Part shown: positions 8,812 through 15,891 of the stretch, piece by piece | Position numbering within the stretch: the first letter of the stretch is position 1 | Layout: each line of letters opens with the position of its first letter | Assembly: GCA_964603735.1 (NCBI GenBank) | Contig: CAZRWN010000003.1 | Span: forward strand, 22,745 to 86,744 | Length of the DNA: 64,000 nt | Origin: an uncultured Sediminispirochaeta sp. | GTDB lineage: Bacteria; Spirochaetota; Spirochaetia; DSM-16054; Sediminispirochaetaceae | Direction of reading: 5' to 3' | Translations under genes and position numbers: made by a program | Notes under the pieces: model-generated | What the model saw: the letters and a program-made list of their open reading frames with translations, nothing else | What the model was told of the DNA's origin: nothing | Databases searched by the model: none

Positions 8812-8830
8812 CCGTTCGCCCGCGGCTGGC

Positions 8831-8859
8831 TTGCATCGCCCGTCCTTTTCCCGTACAAT
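8831..8859 (+). promoter_or_regulatory. Sigma70-like promoter ending 6 nt before the chrA start codon (leaderless candidate)
   Basis: TTGCAT (8831-8836), 17-nt spacer, TACAAT (8854-8859), CGCTGC, then GTG at 8866. No SD is present. Confidence 0.4.
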
Positions 8860-8865
8860 CGCTGC

Positions 8866-9426
8866 GTGATACGCGAACTGCTTAACCTATTTACTATATT
8901 CTTCAAAATCGGCCTATTTTCGATCGGCGGAGGCTATGTGATGCTGCCGATGCTGCGGCGCGAGATGGTGGAAAACCGCCACTGGCTGAGCGACGAGGAA
9001 CTGATCGATTACTACGCCATCGGCCAGGCAACTCCGGGTATTATCGCTATCAATACGGCCACCTTTGTCGGCTACAAGCGCAGGGGAATTGCCGGGGCAA
9101 TCGCCAGCACCGCCGGTATGGTGGCCCCTTCACTGATCATTATTACTCTGATTGCCCTCTTTTTTGCCCAGTTTCAGGAGAATCCGCTGGCGCAGCGGGC
9201 CTTCCGCGGTATCAGAGTGGCGGTGGCGGTGCTGCTGAGCTTTACCGTCGGGTCGCTGATCAGGAAGACCGTACACAATCTGCTGGGTGGAATCCTGTGC
9301 GCAGCGGCCTTCCTTTCGATAGCCGCATTCGATCTTTCACCCATCCCGGTGCTGATTTCCGCCGCCCTGATCGGCTTGCTCGCCGGCCGATTGACCGCAC
9401 ACAAGGAGAAAAGCGAGACACGATGA
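8866..9426 (+). CDS. chrA: Chromate transporter family protein (short-chain CHR, first half of a pair)
   Basis: 186 aa. FKIGLFSIGGGYVMLPMLRREMVENRHWLSDEELIDYYAIGQATPG is the CHR signature. Confidence 0.8.
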   Translation: MIRELLNLFTIFFKIGLFSIGGGYVMLPMLRREMVENRHWLSDEELIDYYAIGQATPGIIAINTATFVGYKRRGIAGAIASTAGMVAPSLIIITLIALFFAQFQENPLAQRAFRGIRVAVAVLLSFTVGSLIRKTVHNLLGGILCAAAFLSIAAFDLSPIPVLISAALIGLLAGRLTAHKEKSETR

Positions 9427-9971
9427 GTCTGATTACTATTTTTACGGCATTTTTTAAGATCGGCCTGTTTACTATCGGCGGCGGGCTGGCGGCGATTCCC
9501 CTGCTGCGCGAAGAGCTGGTGAAGGGCGGCTGGGTATCCAGCGCCGAGTTTATCGATATGCTGGCAGTCAGCCAGTCGACCCCCGGTCCTATCGGCATCA
9601 ATATGGCCACCTACGCCGGCTTCAAGGCCGCCTCGGTGGCCGGTGCGCTGGCGGCCACCGCCGGAATGGTGGCCCCTTCGCTGATCATCATCGTTATTAT
9701 CGCCCGCTTTATGCGGGATTTTGCCGACCGCCCGGCGGTCCGCAGCCTGCTGGCCGGGGTACGCCCGGCGGCCATCGGCCTGATTGCCGCAGCCGCCTGG
9801 TTCGTTCTGGCCAACTCGGTACTGCAGCTGAACCTGTTTCCGCAGGCCGGCTGGATAGAGCTGCGGGCGGTGCTGCTGTTCGGCGCACTGGCTTTGGTCT
9901 ACTGGAGAACCAAAGCCTATCCGGTCTACTACATCATCGCCGGCGGGCTGATCGGCATCTTCATTTTTTAG
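9423..9971 (+). CDS. chrA: Chromate transporter family protein (short-chain CHR, second half of a pair)
   Basis: ATG at 9423 overlaps the preceding stop codon (ATGA). The N-terminus MSLITIFTAFFKIGLFTIGGGLAAIPLLREELVKGGWVS is CHR-type. The longer track ORF starting at 9297 is an upstream in-frame extension inside the previous gene. Confidence 0.8.
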   Translation: MSLITIFTAFFKIGLFTIGGGLAAIPLLREELVKGGWVSSAEFIDMLAVSQSTPGPIGINMATYAGFKAASVAGALAATAGMVAPSLIIIVIIARFMRDFADRPAVRSLLAGVRPAAIGLIAAAAWFVLANSVLQLNLFPQAGWIELRAVLLFGALALVYWRTKAYPVYYIIAGGLIGIFIF

Positions 9972-9984
9972 CATTTCAGGCATT

Positions 9985-10521
9985 TCTTACCACGGAGTCG
10001 AAGCCGGGCCGCAGATTCTGCAGCTCGGCCTTAGCCGTGGCGGCGGACAGGAGTTCGGCTGGGAGCGTCTTGTGATTGCCACCGGGGCCGAACCGATTCT
10101 GCCGCCGATTCCAGGACACGACCTGGACGGGGTGACGGTGTTCAAGTCGCAGAAGGATATGGAGCGGATTGCCGCCATGGTCGAGGGCGGGGTGCGCGCT
10201 GCGGTGGTCTCCTATGCCGAGTTCACCACCGCCTTTCCGATTATGCCTACCGCCAAGAAGGTCAAGCTGAAGCTGATTGCCGACCGGCAGAGCGGCCGGA
10301 TCCTCGGGGGGCAGGTGGTCAGCGGCCAGCCGGTCACCGACAAGGTCGACCAGATGACCATGGCCATTCAGTTCGGGATCACCGCCCGGCAGCTGCTCGG
10401 TTTCAGTTACTCCAGCCAGCCCTGGCAGTCGTTTTATCCGGCCCACAACCTGCTGGTGAAGGCCGCCGAGGGTCTGGTGTCCAAAATGAATGCCGACCGG
10501 CAGGTGGCCGCACGCGGCTGA
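9985..10521 (+). pseudogene. Remnant of a pyridine-nucleotide-disulfide oxidoreductase (CoA-disulfide reductase / NADH oxidase type)
   Basis: WERLVIATGAEPILPPIPGHDLDGVTVFKSQKDMERIAAMVEGG matches the end of the FAD domain. It then jumps straight to the C-terminal dimerisation domain (KLKLIADRQSGRILGGQVVSGQPVTDKVDQMTMAIQFGITARQL). The N-terminal GxGxxG region and the whole NAD domain are missing, and there is no start codon with an SD. Confidence 0.6.
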
Positions 10522-10612
10522 GGGCTGCGGCCACAGCTTCAAACCGCGGCGCACAACTGCGGTCAGGACGACTGACGCAGCCCCCGGCCCGATAGCCCGG
10601 TCGCCAGCCGGC

Positions 10613-12541
10613 TCACTGGGTGTTCGGCCGGGTCTCTACATACCCTCTCTCGCGGGCGTAGTTGTCGATAAGCTCGATAAACTGCGCCCCGTACTGTTTC
10701 ATTTTTTTACGCCCGACCCCGTTGATCCGCAGGAAAGACTGCCGGTCGCGGGGTATCTCACTGGCCATCTCCTCTAAACTGGCATCCGAAAAAACCATGT
10801 AGGGAGCGATTCCCTTTGCCCGCGACAACTCGAACCGTTTTTCTCGCAGCAGTTCGAAGAGTTCGGTTTCGATTTCGGGGGCGGCACCCCCCCGAGCTTC
10901 ACGGCCCGCTGCTCCACGGCCCACAATCTTGGCACCAGCTGCCTCACTGGTGCCGCCAGCCCCCGAGGCCCCGCCGCCCCGCTTCAACAGAATGGACTGC
11001 TGCTTCCGGCGAACTACCTGGAAAGGGGCCCGTCCGAACAGGATGTCCCGCCCCGCGGGGCTCATACTCAGGGTCGGGTAACGGCCGCCATCCTGCACCA
11101 GAGCACCGCGGCTGACCAGATCGTTTACCACCTGCTGCCAGTGCTTCTTCGGCCGTCCCCGGCCCACACCAAAGGTCGGCAGGGCATCATGGCCCCTCTC
11201 GCGGACCTTCTCGGTATCGCTGCCCTTCACAATATCGACGATGTGCCCGGCACCGAAGCGCTCCCCGGTGCGGGCCACCGCCGACAACAGCTTCTGGGCG
11301 TCCACGGTAAGGTCCTCGGTGCTGGCCTGGTCGGTGCAGACATCGCAGTGGCCGCAGTTGCCCGGGTGCTCCTCATCGAAGTGGTTCAAAAGTTGCGTCC
11401 GCCGGCAGACGCTGCTCTGGGCGTAGCGCAGCATGGTCTCGAGGTTGCGGCGTCCCCGGGCCGCCTCGGCCGCATCCTCTATTTGATCGATAAAGTAGCG
11501 CTGGGTGCGGATGTCCGCCGTCGAATAGAGCAGCAGACAGTGCGACAGCAGCCCGTCGCGGCCGGCCCGGCCGGTCTCCTGGTAGTAGGCCTCCAGGCTC
11601 TTCGGCAGGTCGCCGTGCACCACGAAGCGTACGTTCGACTTATCGATGCCCATTCCAAAGGCAATGGTGGCCACAATCACATCGTTCTCGTCCCGCACGA
11701 ACTGCTCCTGATGGCGGCGGCGGGTTTCGTCGGGCAGTCCGGCGTGGTACGGCCGGGCATTCACCCCGTTTTTCCGCAGAAATTCGCTGGTCGCCTCGAC
11801 ATCGGCCCGCTTGCTGCGGTACACAATGCCCGCCTTCCCCGGACGGTCCTGCACGAAGGCCAGAATCTGGTCCAGGACGTCCTCCTTCGGCATCACCCGG
11901 TAGAACAGCTCGGGACGGTCGAAGCTGGCCCGCACCACAAAGGGATCCTTCATCTTGAGCTTCTTCAGAATATCGTCCTGCACGGTCCGGGTTGCGGTGG
12001 CGGTAAAAGCGGCGATGCGGCAGCCGGGAAACTCGCGGCGAATCTTGGAAAGCTCCAGGTAGTCGGGCCGGAAGTCGTGGCCCCACTCGCTGATGCAGTG
12101 CGCCTCGTCGATCACGCAGAGTCCCGGCTCAAACTCCTGCAACCTGGTACGAAACTTGTGGGATGCAAACCGCTCCGGACTTATGTACAGCAGCTTGATC
12201 TGCCCGGCGTGCAGCCGCCGGTAGACCGCCCGGATCTCCTGCTCGCTCATGCTGCTGTTCAGAAAGGCCGCCGCCAGGCCCAGCTCCTGCGCCGCCCCCA
12301 CCTGATCCTGCATCAGGGCAATCAGCGGACTGACCACCACCGTCAGCCCGTCCATCAATAGCCCGGCCAGCTGGTAACAGAGCGACTTGCCCCCGCCGGT
12401 GGGCATCGACACGAAGGCATCCGAACCGGCCAGCAGCGCCTGCACCACTTCCTTCTGGTTGGCCCGAAACTTCAAGAATCCGAAATACTGTTTTAACGCG
12501 CGCCGCAACTCTTTCTCTGAAACCACAGGCAACTCTCGCAC
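10613..12541 (-). CDS. recQ: ATP-dependent DNA helicase RecQ
   Basis: 642 aa. Motifs seen: FRANQKEVVQALLAGSDAFVSMPTGGGKS, DEAHCISEWGHDFRPDY, a zinc-binding C-x-C cluster (CRRTQLLNHFDE..CGHCDVC) and a C-terminal HRDC domain (LFELLREKRFELSRAKGIAPYMVFSDASLEEMA). The start is GTG. Confidence 0.92.
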   Translation of the reverse strand: MRELPVVSEKELRRALKQYFGFLKFRANQKEVVQALLAGSDAFVSMPTGGGKSLCYQLAGLLMDGLTVVVSPLIALMQDQVGAAQELGLAAAFLNSSMSEQEIRAVYRRLHAGQIKLLYISPERFASHKFRTRLQEFEPGLCVIDEAHCISEWGHDFRPDYLELSKIRREFPGCRIAAFTATATRTVQDDILKKLKMKDPFVVRASFDRPELFYRVMPKEDVLDQILAFVQDRPGKAGIVYRSKRADVEATSEFLRKNGVNARPYHAGLPDETRRRHQEQFVRDENDVIVATIAFGMGIDKSNVRFVVHGDLPKSLEAYYQETGRAGRDGLLSHCLLLYSTADIRTQRYFIDQIEDAAEAARGRRNLETMLRYAQSSVCRRTQLLNHFDEEHPGNCGHCDVCTDQASTEDLTVDAQKLLSAVARTGERFGAGHIVDIVKGSDTEKVRERGHDALPTFGVGRGRPKKHWQQVVNDLVSRGALVQDGGRYPTLSMSPAGRDILFGRAPFQVVRRKQQSILLKRGGGASGAGGTSEAAGAKIVGRGAAGREARGGAAPEIETELFELLREKRFELSRAKGIAPYMVFSDASLEEMASEIPRDRQSFLRINGVGRKKMKQYGAQFIELIDNYARERGYVETRPNTQ

Positions 12542-12660
12542 ATTTTTCCCGTCAAAATCAATTGCGCCCGGCCGATTGAATCAACTGTTTTATCCACTGT
12601 GGCCTCCCGGTTAAAGAGCACCGGTGTGGCCTGCATCACTGCAACCTGTAATTTTTTCAT
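12493..12660 (-). pseudogene. Orphan 5' fragment of a nitrilase / carbon-nitrogen hydrolase gene, overlapping the recQ start
   Basis: ATG at 12660 opens MKKLQVAVMQATPVLFNREATVDKTVDSIGRAQLIL. This reads like the conserved N-terminus of nitrilase-superfamily enzymes (KVAAVQAAPVFLDREATVDK). Only about 35 codons remain before the frame runs into recQ and stops at 12493. Confidence 0.45.
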
Positions 12661-12720
12661 ATGTCTACGATACCACAAACCGAAGGTCGCGGCCACAGGA
12701 TAAATTTGTACCACAACCTC

Positions 12721-12771
12721 TTGACAAAAAGTACTATAGTACCTATTTTAGGTACTATAGTACATATAACA
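12721..12771 (+). promoter_or_regulatory. Promoter with two perfect 12-bp palindromic operators (GTACTATAGTAC x2) for the membrane-protein/MarR operon
   Basis: TTGACA lies at 12721-12726. The palindromes lie at 12731-12742 and 12752-12763, centre to centre 21 bp. A candidate -10 TATTTT at 12744-12749 has a 17-nt spacer. SD AAGGAG precedes ATG at 12789. Confidence 0.55.
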
Positions 12772-12788
12772 ATGCGAAGGAGATATTG

Positions 12789-13658
12789 ATGAAACCCGGA
12801 TACATTCGATTCGAACGGCTGTTTATAGGAATCGCCGCCATTGCGACGGGGATAGGACTGGCCGCAATGGCGGCAATGGGGCCGCTCTGGCTGGGAATAA
12901 TTCAGTACAGAACCTCGCCGTCGGCTATTTACCAGTTCATCGGCCAGGATATGGTCAACCTTTTTATCATGGCACCAGTCTGCATTATCGGCGGGGTACT
13001 GCGGCTGCTGGGCAAAGGCGCGGCGAGCTACCTGCTCATTCTCACCCCGCTCTACCTTATCTATACCATCCTGAGCTTCGGGATGGGCATGGAGTGGAGC
13101 CACCCGGCCTACAGCGGCAACAGCGAACAGTACTTCTTTCTGTTTTTGGGGCTGCTGATCGGCGGGTTCCTGCTGCTGTTCGACTCACTCGGCCAGTTTT
13201 CAGGAACAGCCAAAGGCCGGCCGATCAAGACCAGCGTACTGCTGCCCTACAGCATGCTCTTCAGTCTGTTTCTTATTCTGTTCGCCCTGATGTGGGTCGG
13301 CGAGGTCTTCGAGGTGATGCGTACCGGCACCACCCGCGGCTACGAGGCCTCTCCCCTTGCATTCTGGCTGGTGCGTTACTTCGATCTCGGCTTCACAGCG
13401 CCGCTGGGCTTTCTCAGCATCTATCTGCTCTGGAGCCGGCCGGCCACAGGCTTTCCGGTGCAGCTGCTGTTTTACGGATTTTTCCTGACCATGGGGCTGG
13501 CGGTGAATGCAATGGGCCTGGCCATGTACCTGTTCAAAGACCCCAACTGGACCATTGAAAGTACTGTGGTGTTCGGCGTGCTGCTGCTCATTATTTCAGC
13601 CGGTTTCGCGCTTATTCTCACTCGCGGCCGTGAAAGGGCTTCTGATGCAGCGTCCTGA
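12789..13658 (+). CDS. Polytopic membrane protein of unknown function (~8 TM)
   Basis: ATG at 12789 is preceded by AAGGAGATATTG. The product is hydrophobic throughout and I recognise no family motif. The track ORF start at 12624 lies upstream of the promoter and operator. Confidence 0.6.
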   Translation: MKPGYIRFERLFIGIAAIATGIGLAAMAAMGPLWLGIIQYRTSPSAIYQFIGQDMVNLFIMAPVCIIGGVLRLLGKGAASYLLILTPLYLIYTILSFGMGMEWSHPAYSGNSEQYFFLFLGLLIGGFLLLFDSLGQFSGTAKGRPIKTSVLLPYSMLFSLFLILFALMWVGEVFEVMRTGTTRGYEASPLAFWLVRYFDLGFTAPLGFLSIYLLWSRPATGFPVQLLFYGFFLTMGLAVNAMGLAMYLFKDPNWTIESTVVFGVLLLIISAGFALILTRGRERASDAAS

Positions 13659-14100
13659 GTATCAGACTGCAATTATAAGAGAGGTGATGCTGCTCGCGCG
13701 GCAGTGGGAGTATTATCTGAATCAGCGTCTCTCCGAAACCGGCATCACCTTTCCGCAGGTCACGCTTCTTTCAACTGTGGAACAGTACGGCGACACCGCG
13801 CCTACTGTCAGCGAAGCCGCCGAAAGCCTGCTGATGAGCCATCAGAATGTGATGCGCCTGGCCAGGCCGCTGGAACGGGAGGGATTTCTGGAAATACGCA
13901 AGGATTCTTCAGATCGAAGGGTGCTGCGACTGCATTTGACACAGAAAAACTACGATTTCTGGGCGGCTTTTCAGGAGCGCTCGATCCGTGAAATCGAAGA
14001 ACTGTATCGTGGTGTTCAAGACGAGGAGCTGGAGCAGCTTTACAGCCGGCTGGAGGAGCTTTTAGAAAGGGCTATTGCGCTACGTAATCACACTACATGA
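13645..14100 (+). CDS. MarR-family transcriptional regulator
   Basis: ITFPQVTLLSTVEQYGDTAPTVSEAAESLLMSHQNVMRLARPLEREGFLEIRKDSSDRRVLRLHLT is a MarR winged helix. It overlaps the end of the preceding membrane-protein gene. The start (ATG 13645) is uncertain. Confidence 0.8.
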   Translation: MQRPEYQTAIIREVMLLARQWEYYLNQRLSETGITFPQVTLLSTVEQYGDTAPTVSEAAESLLMSHQNVMRLARPLEREGFLEIRKDSSDRRVLRLHLTQKNYDFWAAFQERSIREIEELYRGVQDEELEQLYSRLEELLERAIALRNHTT

Positions 14101-14114
14101 GTCTCACGAGGCCG

Positions 14115-14360
14115 TCAGCGGGAGCGTACAATTCCCAGAACGGCCCCGATCACTGCCCCGGCACCGCCGGCTAAAAGGATGTTCTGCCGGATCGTCTCTA
14201 TCCCGCGCAGTTTATTTCCCAGCTGTGAAAGCAGGTTGTCGCTCGGAGCAATCAGTGCATTCAAACCGATATACGAGTTTCCAACTTTTCCGAACAAGAA
14301 ATATCCTGCCACCAATCCAATTATTCCCAGGAAGAGTGCACTTGAAAGAATTTTGCGCAT
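14115..14360 (-). CDS. Small two-TM membrane protein, unknown function
   Basis: 81 aa with SD GAGGAG 6 nt upstream. It has hydrophobic N- and C-terminal helices (the C-terminal one is GGAGAVIGAVLGIV). Confidence 0.55.
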   Translation of the reverse strand: MRKILSSALFLGIIGLVAGYFLFGKVGNSYIGLNALIAPSDNLLSQLGNKLRGIETIRQNILLAGGAGAVIGAVLGIVRSR

Positions 14361-14491
14361 TTTGTTTCTCCTCTATCTGAGGTATAGTGCAATTCGGAGC
14401 TATTTACAACGTTTTTTTTATTCTACTATTTGATTTTTTAGAGTTTTGTGGTATTTTATAAAGTGGAAAACACTCTATACAGGAGTAAATA

Positions 14492-15880
14492 GTGAAAACG
14501 GGCCTCTTACTCGTTCACTCAGACAGCGATTTTACTCGACACATGCAGAAGTACCTCAGCCGGCACGGCTATGAGGTCGAAATTGCAGCAACCGGTAATG
14601 AGTGCCTCGAGAAGCTCGCCAGTCACAAATCGGCTCCCAAGATTGCAGCTGTTGAGCTCGAGCTGCAGCAGAGGCACAACAACAAACTACCTCTTTCGCA
14701 AGAAATCTTCGAACGCTACCACCTACCAGTTATTTTCATCACCCGCCGACAAGATCCGCAGGTAATCGAAGAATTAACAAATAAGGGCGCTTACGGCCTG
14801 CTCGATCAATCAGTAGCGGCAAGCCCCAGCGGCATAAGCGGTATAGCCTCTGCATTACGCCTGTACAGATCTGAGCACCGGCACAAATCTTCTGAGGAAA
14901 AGTACCGCTTTTTCTTCAACAACATCCCCATCGCAGCAGTTGTGTCAGATAAAAAGTACACAGTGCAGGAGTGGAACTTTTCGGCGCAGGACCTGTTCGG
15001 CTACCGTAGAAAAGAGGCCATTGGGCAGAACCTCATTCAGCTGCTCTCCTCCGAGAAAAACGACAAGCAGCCTGACGAACTAATGAGTTTCCTGCTCACA
15101 TCACTAGAGAATCAGAAGAAATCACATAACTACAACTATGACCGTACCAAGGACGGCCGTGATATTCTCTGCGAATGGTACGATCTCCCGTACCGGCACA
15201 ACGGAAAGTCCTATATACTCTCGGTGGCCAAGGACATCACCGAGGAAAAGCAGCTGCTGGACGAATTGCGCGACACCGTCATCGAAAAAGAGTTCTTACT
15301 ACGCGAAACCAACCACCGGGTAAAGAACAGTCTGAATATGATCAACTCGCTGATCAATCTGAAAACTGCCAATATAGAGGCCCAATCAGCGTTCGCAGAT
15401 CTGAAAGGCAAGATACAGGCACTCAGCAGTCTGTATGAAAAGCTGCACCAGAACAGCGATGCCACCGAAATCGATCTGCAACAGTATGTAGAGGAGTTAC
15501 TGAACTCCCTGTTTTCAACGTTTGCCGACTATCCGATAGATCTGCAGGCTGATCTACACGGCATCTCCATCGATCCCGACACTGCAATTTCTATCGGTCT
15601 GATTATCAACGAAATCGCCACCAACGCCATCAAGCACGGATTCAAGCCTGAAGAGGACAGCTGGTTTCGCGTTCGGCTGGATACCACCAACCAAGGAAGC
15701 CTGCTGCTTCTCTCCGTATCCAACTCCGGACACCCGCTCCCACGTGATATTGCCATCGGCTCCACGGATACCCTCGGCATGCGGCTCATACAAACCCTGG
15801 TTGAACAACTGCAGGGAAGTCTCGAACTCACCCGCGAGCCGCAGCCCGTCTATACCATCCGCTTTCCGCGCAAGACCTGA
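14492..15880 (+). CDS. Hybrid sensor histidine kinase: degenerate receiver domain, PAS domain, HisKA_2-type kinase
   Basis: The N-terminal CheY-like fold is followed by a PAS region (YRFFFNNIPIAAVVSDKKYTVQEWNFSAQDLFGYRRKEAIGQNL). It has an H-box (ETNHRVKNSLNMINSLINL) and a HATPase region (NEIATNAIKHGF..SNSGHPLP). Confidence 0.8.
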   Translation: MKTGLLLVHSDSDFTRHMQKYLSRHGYEVEIAATGNECLEKLASHKSAPKIAAVELELQQRHNNKLPLSQEIFERYHLPVIFITRRQDPQVIEELTNKGAYGLLDQSVAASPSGISGIASALRLYRSEHRHKSSEEKYRFFFNNIPIAAVVSDKKYTVQEWNFSAQDLFGYRRKEAIGQNLIQLLSSEKNDKQPDELMSFLLTSLENQKKSHNYNYDRTKDGRDILCEWYDLPYRHNGKSYILSVAKDITEEKQLLDELRDTVIEKEFLLRETNHRVKNSLNMINSLINLKTANIEAQSAFADLKGKIQALSSLYEKLHQNSDATEIDLQQYVEELLNSLFSTFADYPIDLQADLHGISIDPDTAISIGLIINEIATNAIKHGFKPEEDSWFRVRLDTTNQGSLLLLSVSNSGHPLPRDIAIGSTDTLGMRLIQTLVEQLQGSLELTREPQPVYTIRFPRKT

Positions 15881-15891
15881 GGTGAAAAACC

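Noticed and set aside
8866-9971. The two adjacent half-size chromate-transporter genes as a disrupted single chrA gene.
   Set aside because: Each ORF begins with its own complete CHR N-terminal motif (FKIGLF.IGGG). The two are joined by a clean ATGA overlap. This is the known short-chain CHR pair arrangement, not a broken gene.
9976-10554. A 192-aa minus-strand ORF covering the region downstream of the chrA pair.
   Set aside because: The plus strand of the same region carries clear flavoprotein-disulfide-reductase motifs (LVIATGAEP, SGRILGGQ). The minus-strand product has no features and a Pro/Gly/His-rich composition.
12586-12594. The DnaA-box-like sequence TTATCCACT near recQ as a hint of a replication origin.
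   Set aside because: It is a single imperfect copy. No cluster, AT-rich unwinding element or dnaA/dnaN context is present.
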